A DNA stretch of 64,000 bases from a virus, in the UHGV virus genome UHGV-1376660. One strand, given 5' to 3'. Shown piece after piece: positions 1-9,508 of the stretch. Position 1 is the stretch's first letter. Each line of letters begins with the position of its first letter. Below the pieces are notes generated by a model. The model ran no database searches, had not been told where the DNA came from, and worked only from the letters and a program-made list of their open reading frames with translations. The translations under genes were made by a program, and so were the position numbers.

Positions 1-162
1 CTTTTTTTTTGCGTAGTATTCACTTCCCCATTGCACTTCCCTCTCGTTGTATGAAAACTCGGATTGTAGCATTTCCAATAGCTTGTTTAGAATTTGCATA
101 TGATAGCACAACCCATATACGCATGTAGGACTGACAGGAATTGCCCCACTACGTACAAAACA

Positions 163-192
163 AAGAAAAAAAAGGGGCCGAAGCCCCTTTGG
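163..192. terminator. GC-rich hairpin (GGGGCCGAAGCCCC) flanked by an A-run on the 5' side and T-run on the 3' side; bidirectional rho-independent terminator candidate
   Basis: Stem-loop read directly from the sequence with flanking poly-A and poly-T. Confidence 0.55.
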
Positions 193-347
193 ATTATGGT
201 TTGCGCTAAAAAAGTGTTGCTACGATGCTAAGAAGCAATGGTTAAGAACGTCTGCCGTGTCATCACAGCGCTGAACGGTCTGGCGACATTTGCGGAGTCT
301 TTCCGTTCGGACGGTGGTGGCGAACTCCAAACCGTTCAGCGCTGTGT

Positions 348-422
348 TGGCGATGGTGGGTGGACTCGAACCACCGACCAGTTGATTAACAGTCAACCGC
401 TCTACCACTGAGCTACACCATC
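348..422 (-). tRNA. tRNA-Asn (anticodon GTT)
   Basis: Reverse complement folds as a cloverleaf: acceptor GATGGTG/CACCATC, D-arm GCTCAGTGGTAGAGC, anticodon loop CTGTTAA, T-arm GGTGGTTCGAGTCCACC, encoded CCA end. Confidence 0.85.
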
Positions 423-1171
423 ATTTTTCGCGGCGGTACTTGTTCATGGACAACCAGGCAACCAAGAATTTTCCCGCAACTTGCACTTTACGTTAGTGCC
501 AGACGAGGCTTGTGGCTCGCTTACATAGAGCGAAGATCTGGAGTCCTTCTCGGCGGTTGATGGCCGCCAGACTCTTCGACCTTATTGGATGTATGGAATC
601 ATCCATGTTGTGAAACCAGGGGCTATATAGGCAACAATGATTTCACCAGAGGGTTAAAGAATCCTGCTTTCACAACGTTGAGGCCACTGAACCGATTTAT
701 GTTCGACCCAACATATTGATCAGTTACTACAGCTCTGTGGAATCACCTGTATGATTAAAAGAAAAACAGTGACCTCAACGTTGTGTGCTGGCTAACCATG
801 CCAGCCGGGTTACGTCGCCGCTTTTAACCCAAGATCAAACGACATAAGTAATGGAAATGACGTAACAGGATGGGCGGTCAGCTGGATGAAACCGGGATGA
901 TGGAATGGAATGAGGAAAACCAACCGCCCATCCTGTTACTTCATCGAATAGGGCATGAGTGGTGCAACATGCCCTATCCTGCGTTCTGCAATCACACTCG
1001 CTCAGTGTGTCCCATTTTGGTGACGAGGCTGGAAACTGACCTCGCTGGTGTTTGGCTTCTTAGGCTACTGCCAGGTACGTATCTTCGTTTGCAGTTATAT
1101 TTAACGTTCAAACAGTCGCGTCTCAACGAAAACAAGTGAATCTTATACATATTAAATAAGTAAGTAAATAC

Positions 1172-1477
1172 TTATTTTTCTGTAACCCGTTCAGTTGCTA
1201 TCTTTTTGATCAAGCTCACCTTCTGTTCCGGCGTTCTCGTGATGATGGCCGTAAAACGCTTCGCTTGAATAGTGATAGTTTCGTTCTCCTTCAGTTCGCC
1301 GTAGTGAGTCTCCAGCAGAGAACCAAGGCGCCACAGACCGTCGTCTATGCGTTTATGGCTGGCAAATCTGATCAGCAGTAGCTTTACGATTAACTGACCA
1401 ATATAAAAGGCATATCCGAAGCCGGCCGCCACAAGGTAGGTTACCAGCCACCAGTCGAAAGAGGTCAAATTGCTCAT
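1172..1477 (-). CDS. small membrane protein (N-terminal transmembrane helix), unknown function
   Basis: ORF with hydrophobic N-terminus WWLVTYLVAAGFGYAFYIGQLIV. Confidence 0.5.
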   Translation of the reverse strand: MSNLTSFDWWLVTYLVAAGFGYAFYIGQLIVKLLLIRFASHKRIDDGLWRLGSLLETHYGELKENETITIQAKRFTAIITRTPEQKVSLIKKIATERVTEK

Positions 1478-1541
1478 TTCCGCACTCCCGTCTCGTGAAA
1501 AACCCGATACAGACGCCTACCGATGCGAAGCGTTTTGGTTT

Positions 1542-1796
1542 TCAGTTCCTGCCTAACCAGATCGCGACAGATACTGAAGCCCAGGGCCACGCCCCCGCCT
1601 CAGTCAATTGCTGCAAGAGTGAGTGTCCTTTTTCAGTGAGCTGATAATTCTCCACACATCCCTTTGGCGAAACGTTAGCGACAAGATTCATACGTTCCAG
1701 TTTGGCGCGGGTCTTTGGCTTCCAGTTGGCGTAGAACTCTTTCCACTGGCTGATTTCACGCAGAGTTTCTTTCTCCCGTTTACTTAACATGATCAT
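1542..1796 (-). CDS. hypothetical protein
   Basis: ORF; its stop overlaps the start of the next minus-strand ORF (translational coupling). Confidence 0.5.
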   Translation of the reverse strand: MIMLSKREKETLREISQWKEFYANWKPKTRAKLERMNLVANVSPKGCVENYQLTEKGHSLLQQLTEAGAWPWASVSVAIWLGRN

Positions 1797-1956
1797 CCTT
1801 AATCTCCTTCAGTGTGTACGTGATATCTACAATGCGGTAAATGCGGCCGCGCCTCTGCATGACACCGGCTTTTACGTAATCGTTGATGCAGCTGGACATA
1901 ACCAGACTGCCGATAACAATGCCAACGACCAAAAATACAATCATCCAGCCGAGCAT
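1781..1956 (-). CDS. small hydrophobic protein (~58 aa, MLGWMIVFLVVGIVIG...), not in the ORF track
   Basis: ATGA start/stop overlap with the ligase stop at 1956 and with the downstream ORF start at 1796; hand translated, coordinates approximate. Confidence 0.35.
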
Positions 1957-3278
1957 CAGTCTTTATCTCCAATACGATCTTCGATATCTCGCAGGCATTT
2001 CGGCCACTTCAGACGTGGGTGACGTAAGCTACCGTCTGGCGTTTTCTCATGGCAGTGAACCTCGACGATGCGTCCAAGATACTTCTCCTGATTGTTCCAG
2101 ATCTCATCCAGGTACTTATGCTTGATACCGCTGGCACGAACGATGACGCCGTTCTCCAGGCGAATCACTATCTTGCCCAGCGTATGCGCAAAGCCAGAGT
2201 CCGGGTCGCCTGGCTCGAAGTCGATGATTTCACCATCTTCGGAATCCTCGTCTTTCAGCTTCCACCAGCTGCGGGTACGCTTGAACTCGTAAACAGAATC
2301 CGGATCTTTGCCCATCTCCCCCTCTTCGTTCTCGTCCAGACGCTTCATGAAGCGTTCGATGAAGTCTTCATGACTATGGATGATGTAGAACGGATGCAGG
2401 TGGACATCTTGCGCGTAATCTTCCCCGCAAGTGTTGCGGAACAACGCCACCAGCATAGCCAGGCGCTCTTTCAGCTTCATGCCGGTCTTCAGGTACTCTT
2501 TGCTTTTTGCCTGAGCACGCCACTCCGGTAAGAAGAAATCGAAGATGTGGTAAACGGCACCAATGGCTTTCACGTTCTTCTTGCGAAGCGCCGACACGGA
2601 CTGGTTGAACGTACCTGCAGTACCCTCACCATCGAAAAAGATGTGCTTGAAACCGGAGAGTCTGCCTCGCTCCAGCATGGCTGGTTTAAGGTGATCGAGT
2701 GACGTAATCGGATTGCCGGTGCGAGTCAGGAAGTTCACCTCTTCCTCGTCAACGATGACTTCGCAGATAACCCGGAGACCATCGAGTTTGAGGCTGCCGA
2801 TCATTGGCCACTTGGCCTTTGGATTTGGTTTAAATGGGTATTTGTCGCCTTTCTCCTTGTACGGAGACGCCAGCTGTACCTCAAACTTCGGAATTGGGTT
2901 TTCGAACACCTTGTTGCACAGGCTGATACCGACGCCGGCTTTCGGATCTTTCAGCAGGAAGCGACGAAACACGTCCTGTCCGTCAGCGCACATTGAGGCA
3001 ACGAGTGATTCGACGGCAGTAATGGCCGCGTTCCCGGTCAGTTCGCGCGCCGCCAGCTTCTCCAGCAGCTCGACTACCTTCTGGTCGCTGGGTACGGAAG
3101 TATCGAGTGGCTCGGCCACTTTGTACTTCTTCACACCGAATCGAATGAATGGGTTGAGCATTAGCGAGACCATGCTCTGCTCAAATTCATCAAGGTTGGC
3201 CAGCGCCTCTTTCTTGGCGTTGGTTCCCATCGTTTTTATGGCATCCAGCTTGTGCTTTAGGGCGATCAGTTTTTCCAT
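1956..3278 (-). CDS. ATP-dependent DNA ligase
   Basis: Adenylation motif I KLDGLR (KxDGxR) at the expected position; 440 aa; sits in the replication gene block. Confidence 0.75.
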   Translation of the reverse strand: MEKLIALKHKLDAIKTMGTNAKKEALANLDEFEQSMVSLMLNPFIRFGVKKYKVAEPLDTSVPSDQKVVELLEKLAARELTGNAAITAVESLVASMCADGQDVFRRFLLKDPKAGVGISLCNKVFENPIPKFEVQLASPYKEKGDKYPFKPNPKAKWPMIGSLKLDGLRVICEVIVDEEEVNFLTRTGNPITSLDHLKPAMLERGRLSGFKHIFFDGEGTAGTFNQSVSALRKKNVKAIGAVYHIFDFFLPEWRAQAKSKEYLKTGMKLKERLAMLVALFRNTCGEDYAQDVHLHPFYIIHSHEDFIERFMKRLDENEEGEMGKDPDSVYEFKRTRSWWKLKDEDSEDGEIIDFEPGDPDSGFAHTLGKIVIRLENGVIVRASGIKHKYLDEIWNNQEKYLGRIVEVHCHEKTPDGSLRHPRLKWPKCLRDIEDRIGDKD

Positions 3279-3312
3279 TAGTGTTTAACCTCCATCGGTC
3301 GCTCGGGAGTTT

Positions 3313-3789
3313 TCATGTGTTTTCTTTGGTTGCTTCTTCAATGAGTGCCGCGTACACATCAGTGACGGGCGCCAGTGAATCGGTGGACGTGGTTTCAGGT
3401 TTGGCTGGTTCTGCTTTCTTCGTGCGTTTAACCAGACTGTTAATCGTCATGGTGTTGCGCTTCCGGGTAAGCGTTCTGGCGTGGTCGTTTTGCTCTTCCA
3501 CTTCTTTGATAAGCGCAGTCATATCGATGAAGTAGAGCTGTTCGCCTTTGCGGATCTCTTCAACCATCATCTTCAGCGCCTGGCATTTGCCAGCAGCAAT
3601 GGCCGCAGCGCAGGACTGGAACGATGTCGCCGGGAGACGCTTCTCTTTGTAGGCGAGGATGGTGTGCTGGCAGACTGTATAGCTGCAATGGGCCTCATGG
3701 CCGTTGATCTTCACTTCCGGACAGCGCAGCGAATAACCGTTGTTTCCGGAGATAGACGGGATTTTCGACAAATCTGTTCTTGTGGACAT
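3313..3789 (-). CDS. hypothetical Cys/His-rich protein (possible zinc-binding)
   Basis: ORF with CPEV..HEAHC..CQH cluster; no confident family assignment. Confidence 0.45.
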   Translation of the reverse strand: MSTRTDLSKIPSISGNNGYSLRCPEVKINGHEAHCSYTVCQHTILAYKEKRLPATSFQSCAAAIAAGKCQALKMMVEEIRKGEQLYFIDMTALIKEVEEQNDHARTLTRKRNTMTINSLVKRTKKAEPAKPETTSTDSLAPVTDVYAALIEEATKENT

Positions 3790-3870
3790 GCTTCTAACCG
3801 TAGTCGTGTACTTACTTATTGAACGCAGTTTAAAAAAGCCCCACCAGGGGGCTAAATGTTTTATCGAGGC

Positions 3871-4665
3871 TTACCAGGTCGCCCAGCCAGTCATTTTGTC
3901 CTGAGCGGCTTCGAACCGGTATGGCTCCAGTAAATCGTTGGCATGGTGGACGGCGTAGGATTTTGCCTCCTGTTTAATCATCGGCAGCTCGTTGGCCAGG
4001 CGTGCCACCTGCCCTGCAAAACTGGCGAGCACACCGTCACATGCCTGACCCACGTCGACAATGATGCGCACCAGGTCTAAGTCGCTGCGGCACATATCGC
4101 AGATGATGCCGTATTCCACCTCACGAATGCGCTCAACGGCTTTTTTGGTATCGCCACTGACCACCAATTCCAGCAAACCAGGTGGGGTTGTCAGATCTGT
4201 AACGCGCTCGGTAACTTCAGGCAGTTCGACAATGCTCAGGAACGCCGCGATGGTCGGGTCATCCTCTACACCAGCCCTTCCTTTTATCGCGCGAAGAGTC
4301 GCGTCGACAATATCCTTAAACCGTTCACCTTCATCGCACAGCGCCTGATTGGTGTAAACAACGCGGCCGTCGTACCATGCTCCGGCACGTACTTCTACCG
4401 TTGCATCCTTCATCTCGCGAGTGAACGTCACGAGTGCCGCGCGTTTCTGTTTAACACCAGGCAGCTCTGGGGACTCTCCAAAACGAACCCAGACCCGCAT
4501 GTATTTCGAGCCTTCCCCAAGAGGTGCGGTACTCACAGACGTGGCGATGTGTTCCAGCGCAGTTTGGATCGCCTCATCGATAATGTTCTGGCGCTCTTCT
4601 GTATCAATTTCTACGCCTGATTTGTCGATGATTTCGGTAACGGACTTCTGAATATCTGCTTTCAT
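3871..4665 (-). CDS. hypothetical protein (replication-module associated)
   Basis: 264-aa ORF, first gene downstream of a divergent promoter region at 4666-4848. Confidence 0.5.
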   Translation of the reverse strand: MKADIQKSVTEIIDKSGVEIDTEERQNIIDEAIQTALEHIATSVSTAPLGEGSKYMRVWVRFGESPELPGVKQKRAALVTFTREMKDATVEVRAGAWYDGRVVYTNQALCDEGERFKDIVDATLRAIKGRAGVEDDPTIAAFLSIVELPEVTERVTDLTTPPGLLELVVSGDTKKAVERIREVEYGIICDMCRSDLDLVRIIVDVGQACDGVLASFAGQVARLANELPMIKQEAKSYAVHHANDLLEPYRFEAAQDKMTGWATW

Positions 4666-4848
4666 AAAGGTTCCTCAATTCCTTCTTCGCGCATATTCTT
4701 ACAGAAAAATAAGTATGTATCTACTTATCATTATAGGCGACTAGTCTCGTTGCTAAAAGATGCCCTTAATCCTGTCCAGTTGTAGCAGCTAGGTCACTTC
4801 TATATGATTTCAGTTCGCTAATACGTTAAACACACAAGGCTTAGGTGT

Positions 4849-5901
4849 ATGGCAACGTTGCCCAAAAACGTGATGCAACACAGGAAGGTATTGAAGGAAA
4901 CCGGTTTGGCGTTTGCCAAATCGATACCGCTTGTTGGACCTCATATTGAGGCAGCTGAAAAAATGTTCACGTTGTTCTCAGAGATAAATGCTACGACTTG
5001 TCGTGATCGATTCAACCGTTACATTATGGGCATTGGTGAAATTTGCGACGACGAGATCGATATCTCAAGAGAACACTTTTCGGCGTTAGTCAAAAAGCTC
5101 ATTCTTGATGATGAAGACAAGAAAACAGAATACTACATCCGATTGACGGTAAGCCTAGCCCGCAGTAGCCTTAACGACGATGAACGGCTACTTTTCATTC
5201 ATGTATTAAGTGAACTAACCTGCTCTGATATCGATTATGCACGCAAGCTCTATATTGCGACGAATGCTACCATCAAGGGTTTTAAAACATCAGCATCAGC
5301 TCAAGCCAGCATCACATCACAAAAAAAAGCACTGTCCCTGCGCTCCCTCAATAAGCTCATTTCTTCAGGACTGGTTTACGAGGATAGAACAGGTGAAATC
5401 AAGGCCAATCCGGGCTACAAACTAACAAGCGATTTAGAGCGTCTTTTGGGGTTCATTTTCCATAATGACGATCTACAACCTACGGCCTTGTCCATTGAAT
5501 CGAAAGAAGAATATGACGTTATTATTATTGACAGCGACAAGATTTACCGAGGCTCATATCCAAACATTCTCTATCGTCAACTTCGGGCTGCTGGAGTTAA
5601 AGTTTGCATAGAGAAAAGTGAAGACTGTATTGCCGACAAGCTAGCAAAGTTCTTCATTTCAGTACAACAAGGTAGCGGGTTGAACGGTCTTGGTGAGTGG
5701 ATAAATTACGGCGATATTTGCGTCCTCAAGCACCTAGATAAAAGCACTAATCGCTTTTATGAAAGTGAATTCAGAGAGACAGTCGACCGCGAACATTTTT
5801 CACCTAGAGACGACGATTCGTCATTCGATGCAAGTAAGTTAAATACCGCTCTAAATAAGGTGGCAGCGTTTGTTCTGGGACGACTATCTCTTCCTATCTA
5901 A
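4849..5901 (+). CDS. orphan AT-rich 350-aa protein on the opposite strand to its neighbours; possible accessory (moron) gene
   Basis: Long plus-strand ORF convergent with the primase (1 nt between the two stops); visibly lower GC than the flanks. Confidence 0.55.
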   Translation: MATLPKNVMQHRKVLKETGLAFAKSIPLVGPHIEAAEKMFTLFSEINATTCRDRFNRYIMGIGEICDDEIDISREHFSALVKKLILDDEDKKTEYYIRLTVSLARSSLNDDERLLFIHVLSELTCSDIDYARKLYIATNATIKGFKTSASAQASITSQKKALSLRSLNKLISSGLVYEDRTGEIKANPGYKLTSDLERLLGFIFHNDDLQPTALSIESKEEYDVIIIDSDKIYRGSYPNILYRQLRAAGVKVCIEKSEDCIADKLAKFFISVQQGSGLNGLGEWINYGDICVLKHLDKSTNRFYESEFRETVDREHFSPRDDDSSFDASKLNTALNKVAAFVLGRLSLPI

Positions 5902-5902
5902 T

Positions 5903-7114
5903 CTATATTAACGCCTTTATCCCCAGAACCTTGCTTTGTAGCTCCAACTGCTTGGAGTACGGTTTGGCACGATAATAGGCTTTGAGGATCTGCTCTGACG
6001 TCGCGTCGCCAGGGTCGAGACCTTCCTCGCCCAGACAGGCCACTTTGACATTTAGTCCGATGCTGGTGAGACGTTTGGCCGCCGACATGGTGTTGCGGAT
6101 CGCTTGCTTCTCGCTATCCCACATCATGATGACATTGCGTAATCCACGCGCCTTGAGCGTCAGGAACGCGCCCAACTGATCTTCAGCGTCCTCATTCATA
6201 TTTCCGGACAAGTGCATCCCGAACGTGCCAATTGGCTCTACGTAATCCCGCAGCGTCTCTTCGTCGAAGATGGCTCGCTTCACGCCCATTACGTCAAATG
6301 CCCCTTCACACACAACGACCGTTTGTTTTCCGACTGCATTGTGGCCGTTGTAGAGAAACTTGCCCGACGCCGGCAACTGCATGGGGAAGAGATAACGGCG
6401 TTCTGCTGCACCGGTAATGTCACGCCCCTGGAAGGTCTTCATCACACCATCCAGATCGTAAACCGGTATCAGGATGCGCATATCAAACACCTGCCCTTTG
6501 ACCTGGTCTGTGTACGGATCGACGTATGCGTGCTTGCCTTCGACGCAGTAACGCAGATCAAAGTATTTGGCCAGATCCGGGGAGATATGGCGCTCCACCA
6601 GATAATCAGGAAGACGACCGTCAATGGGGAGTTCGTAATGTCGCGGGAGAGCTACTGGCCCTTCGAGTTCAACCCTACTGGCCAGCACGACCTCTTCCTT
6701 CTTCGGCGCCCATCCTTGTGAGATCAGCGCGTTCTGGACGTACTCTTCAAAATCACGACGGGATTTGCCGCTGTAGTGCTTGAGGAAGACCAGCTTGTTG
6801 AACTGAATCTCTTCGGGATGATCACCAGCAAAGCATTTGCCGACGCCATTGGTCAGGTTGAAATAAACCTTCCAGTTTGAGCTGCCACATACCGGGCACT
6901 CCTTGATATTCACCTCACGTCCACGAGTACTGACGCCACCACGACGGTAGATGATTCCTTCCATATCGAGCCACTGCTCAAAATCCAGCTCGGTAAGTAA
7001 TTCTTTCAAGTCGCTCACGTTCTTAACCCTACTTTTTGCAGGTAATATCTTGATAAGCCTCGGTATTTGAATACCATAAAGGCTCATGTGTTTTTTCTTT
7101 TGTGGCTTTGGCAA
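5903..7114 (-). CDS. DNA primase (zinc-ribbon plus TOPRIM)
   Basis: CPVCGSS...CFAGDHP zinc-binding motif; TOPRIM-like VVCEGAFD and MMWDSE acidic motifs; adjacent to a DnaB-like helicase. Confidence 0.7.
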   Translation of the reverse strand: MPKPQKKKHMSLYGIQIPRLIKILPAKSRVKNVSDLKELLTELDFEQWLDMEGIIYRRGGVSTRGREVNIKECPVCGSSNWKVYFNLTNGVGKCFAGDHPEEIQFNKLVFLKHYSGKSRRDFEEYVQNALISQGWAPKKEEVVLASRVELEGPVALPRHYELPIDGRLPDYLVERHISPDLAKYFDLRYCVEGKHAYVDPYTDQVKGQVFDMRILIPVYDLDGVMKTFQGRDITGAAERRYLFPMQLPASGKFLYNGHNAVGKQTVVVCEGAFDVMGVKRAIFDEETLRDYVEPIGTFGMHLSGNMNEDAEDQLGAFLTLKARGLRNVIMMWDSEKQAIRNTMSAAKRLTSIGLNVKVACLGEEGLDPGDATSEQILKAYYRAKPYSKQLELQSKVLGIKALI

Positions 7115-7175
7115 AAGAGAAAATTTGTTCTCTTATGGAGACCGGCGTGGAGAGCGTTTCCCCACGCCTTCTTTT

Positions 7176-8516
7176 TTAGAGGACGTCCATAATGCGTTCG
7201 ATGAATCGCATTTGTTCGAGGTTCTGCTTAACGCGGATGCTTACGCCGCCTTTCTGGTTACGTGAACCAGCGAAGTACAGACGCGCTTCGCCTTTCGCTT
7301 CTTCCTCCTCCGTTTTGTTGATCGTGATAACGAGGTCAGCGATACGCACCTTCTCGATGTTGTCAGCTGCGTGCATCATTGTGGCCACCTCTGAAGCACC
7401 ACCTTCCCTGTTAGTCTGCGATGCAGTGATGCCGGCAACGTTGTGTTTGTCGTACAGCGCACGCAGGTCAGTGTAGATGCTGCGAATGTTGGCGCGGTCG
7501 TCGCGGAGGTCATAGCTGGCACGCATCAGGTCGGCGTAGTCGACCACGACCATGTCGGGGATCATGCCATTGGCTTTCATGCTACCCAACATACGATCCA
7601 GATCTGCAGGCGACATGCTTCCGGACGGTCGCTCAACAATCCACAAACTCCCCACGCCTTTCGTCGCGCCTAGCTCTGCCAGTTTGCGATGGACGTCGTC
7701 GCGGCGTTCCACCAGCTTGGACATTTCGGTCTCAGACAGACGGGCGTCAAAGCGATCTGACAGAATGGAGGTGTGAACTTCCAGCGACAGGTACAGGACG
7801 TTGTAACCGGCAAGCGTGGCGTTGATGGAGAACTCACCCATCGCTGTCGATTTACCAGACTTCGCGAAGCCCATGAACAACACCATTTCACGCTTTGCCC
7901 AGCCTTTCTGGTAAAGCAGCTTGTCAAGCAACGGTAGACCCGTTGTGATGCTGTTTGGCACGTAATCGTCGGATGCTTCATACTCACGCGCCTTGTAACG
8001 CTCTGCTGATTCAGAGAAGTAATCGTAAATGCCGGTCGCTTCGTTAGAGCCGATTTGCTGGACTTTGGCCATGATTGCCATCGCGCCCTGGAAATCGCCC
8101 TTCTCTTTCATCTCAGCCGCTTTAATTAGCGCGTCGTCGAACGCTACGCTTTTGGCGAACGTGGCGACCTGGTCGACCATGTACGCCGTATCTGATAACT
8201 TCTCAGCGAGAATCCGCTTAAACGCCTCAACGACGTCGGGGAACAGCTCTTCGCGGATCGTCTTATCGCGTTTGGCGCGTTTGAGCATGTCGAGGATGGC
8301 CGACGATGATGGTGCGCTCTTATACATTCTGTAGTAGCCCGACACCATGTTCACCAGAATGGCGTTGGCCGCATTGGAGAACTGGTTTGGCGCAACCAGA
8401 TCACCGGCGCGAGTCAGAAATTCATGGTCGCGACAGAAGTAGGCTGCGAGTCGATTCTGGAAGTCGTCGTCGAACTCTTCAGACAACCCTCGTCCTGTGT
8501 GGCAAAGTTCGGTCAT
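7176..8516 (-). CDS. DnaB-family replicative helicase
   Basis: Walker A GFAKSGKST; Walker B-like MVVVDYADLM; 446 aa; RecA-like C-terminal domain pattern. Confidence 0.75.
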   Translation of the reverse strand: MTELCHTGRGLSEEFDDDFQNRLAAYFCRDHEFLTRAGDLVAPNQFSNAANAILVNMVSGYYRMYKSAPSSSAILDMLKRAKRDKTIREELFPDVVEAFKRILAEKLSDTAYMVDQVATFAKSVAFDDALIKAAEMKEKGDFQGAMAIMAKVQQIGSNEATGIYDYFSESAERYKAREYEASDDYVPNSITTGLPLLDKLLYQKGWAKREMVLFMGFAKSGKSTAMGEFSINATLAGYNVLYLSLEVHTSILSDRFDARLSETEMSKLVERRDDVHRKLAELGATKGVGSLWIVERPSGSMSPADLDRMLGSMKANGMIPDMVVVDYADLMRASYDLRDDRANIRSIYTDLRALYDKHNVAGITASQTNREGGASEVATMMHAADNIEKVRIADLVITINKTEEEEAKGEARLYFAGSRNQKGGVSIRVKQNLEQMRFIERIMDVL

Positions 8517-8576
8517 GTGCTTTCCTTTGATGCTTAAACAATTTGTTTTCTAATACTAAAAAAGCCAAATAGGGGA

Positions 8577-9302
8577 TCAACAGAATCGCCGTGCTTCTTC
8601 CAGTTCTTCCGGGAAGTGCGCGTAAATCACACGCTCAGGCACGATTTCCATCAACCAGACAGCGGAGAAGATGATGCGGACGCGCTTGTCTCGGGTAATG
8701 CCACGCAGACGCTCCAGAACCCACTCAAAATAGCGTTCTTGAATCGGGTCGTGCTGCATGTCTCCCAGATGCTTAAAACTCACCAGAGAGTCATCCAGAC
8801 GGGTTACAGCGCGTTTGGCTAACTTCTCTTCGAATATCTCGATCAGCTCGGGCTGCCAGAGATGCTGGGGGCGCGGTAATTTGTCCCACAGACGGCGTGC
8901 AGCTGCGGAAAGAACGGTAGAAATGAAGTAGTCATAAGAGCAGCAGTACTGGTCGGCAAACTGGCGTGCTTTCCAGAGAGACGTTTTGTTCGCCGTCGAC
9001 AGCTCCTGATACGGCACACGTTTCAAACCGGTTGTGAATGGGGCCGTTTCATAGTGTTCGCGGCCATGCGACAGCATGATGTATGAGTACTGGCGTTTGT
9101 ATGCCTCAGTGAAAAGGCATGTGGCCATAAGCGGGTGCATGTCGCGGTAATCAAACCACTTTGTCTCGAACAACTCAGCCTCATCCTTGCAGCGTGACAG
9201 CCCAATATTCTCGGCCACCCACTTGTCCATGACTGTGGTGTCCCACTCGGTCATGAAGTCGTACTGGTCGTTGTTAATAGTGTTAAAGAAGATCTGGCTC
9301 AT
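8577..9302 (-). CDS. hypothetical protein (possible helicase loader by position only)
   Basis: 241-aa ORF immediately upstream of the DnaB-like gene; no motif support. Confidence 0.4.
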   Translation of the reverse strand: MSQIFFNTINNDQYDFMTEWDTTVMDKWVAENIGLSRCKDEAELFETKWFDYRDMHPLMATCLFTEAYKRQYSYIMLSHGREHYETAPFTTGLKRVPYQELSTANKTSLWKARQFADQYCCSYDYFISTVLSAAARRLWDKLPRPQHLWQPELIEIFEEKLAKRAVTRLDDSLVSFKHLGDMQHDPIQERYFEWVLERLRGITRDKRVRIIFSAVWLMEIVPERVIYAHFPEELEEARRFC

Positions 9303-9508
9303 GTGCCCCGTCGATAGGTAGTTACTTACTCATCATAATGGGCGAATCATAGCGACTGGAGACTGGTTTTGGAAGTGGGAACGGAAGGGAATGTGTCTGG
9401 GAAGTTGGTTAAAGAAAGACCTGTTTTCGTATAAAATAATAAATAACTTAGTATTTATATACAGAAGCAGGTCTGTAAAAATGCCTACTTTACGAATAAA
9501 ATCGCATT

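Noticed and set aside
220-408. 62-aa ORF
   Set aside because: Overlaps the tRNA-Asn gene on the same strand; spurious.
870-1139. 89-aa plus-strand ORF
   Set aside because: Spans the 16-bp inverted repeat; no ribosome-binding site; region more likely non-coding.
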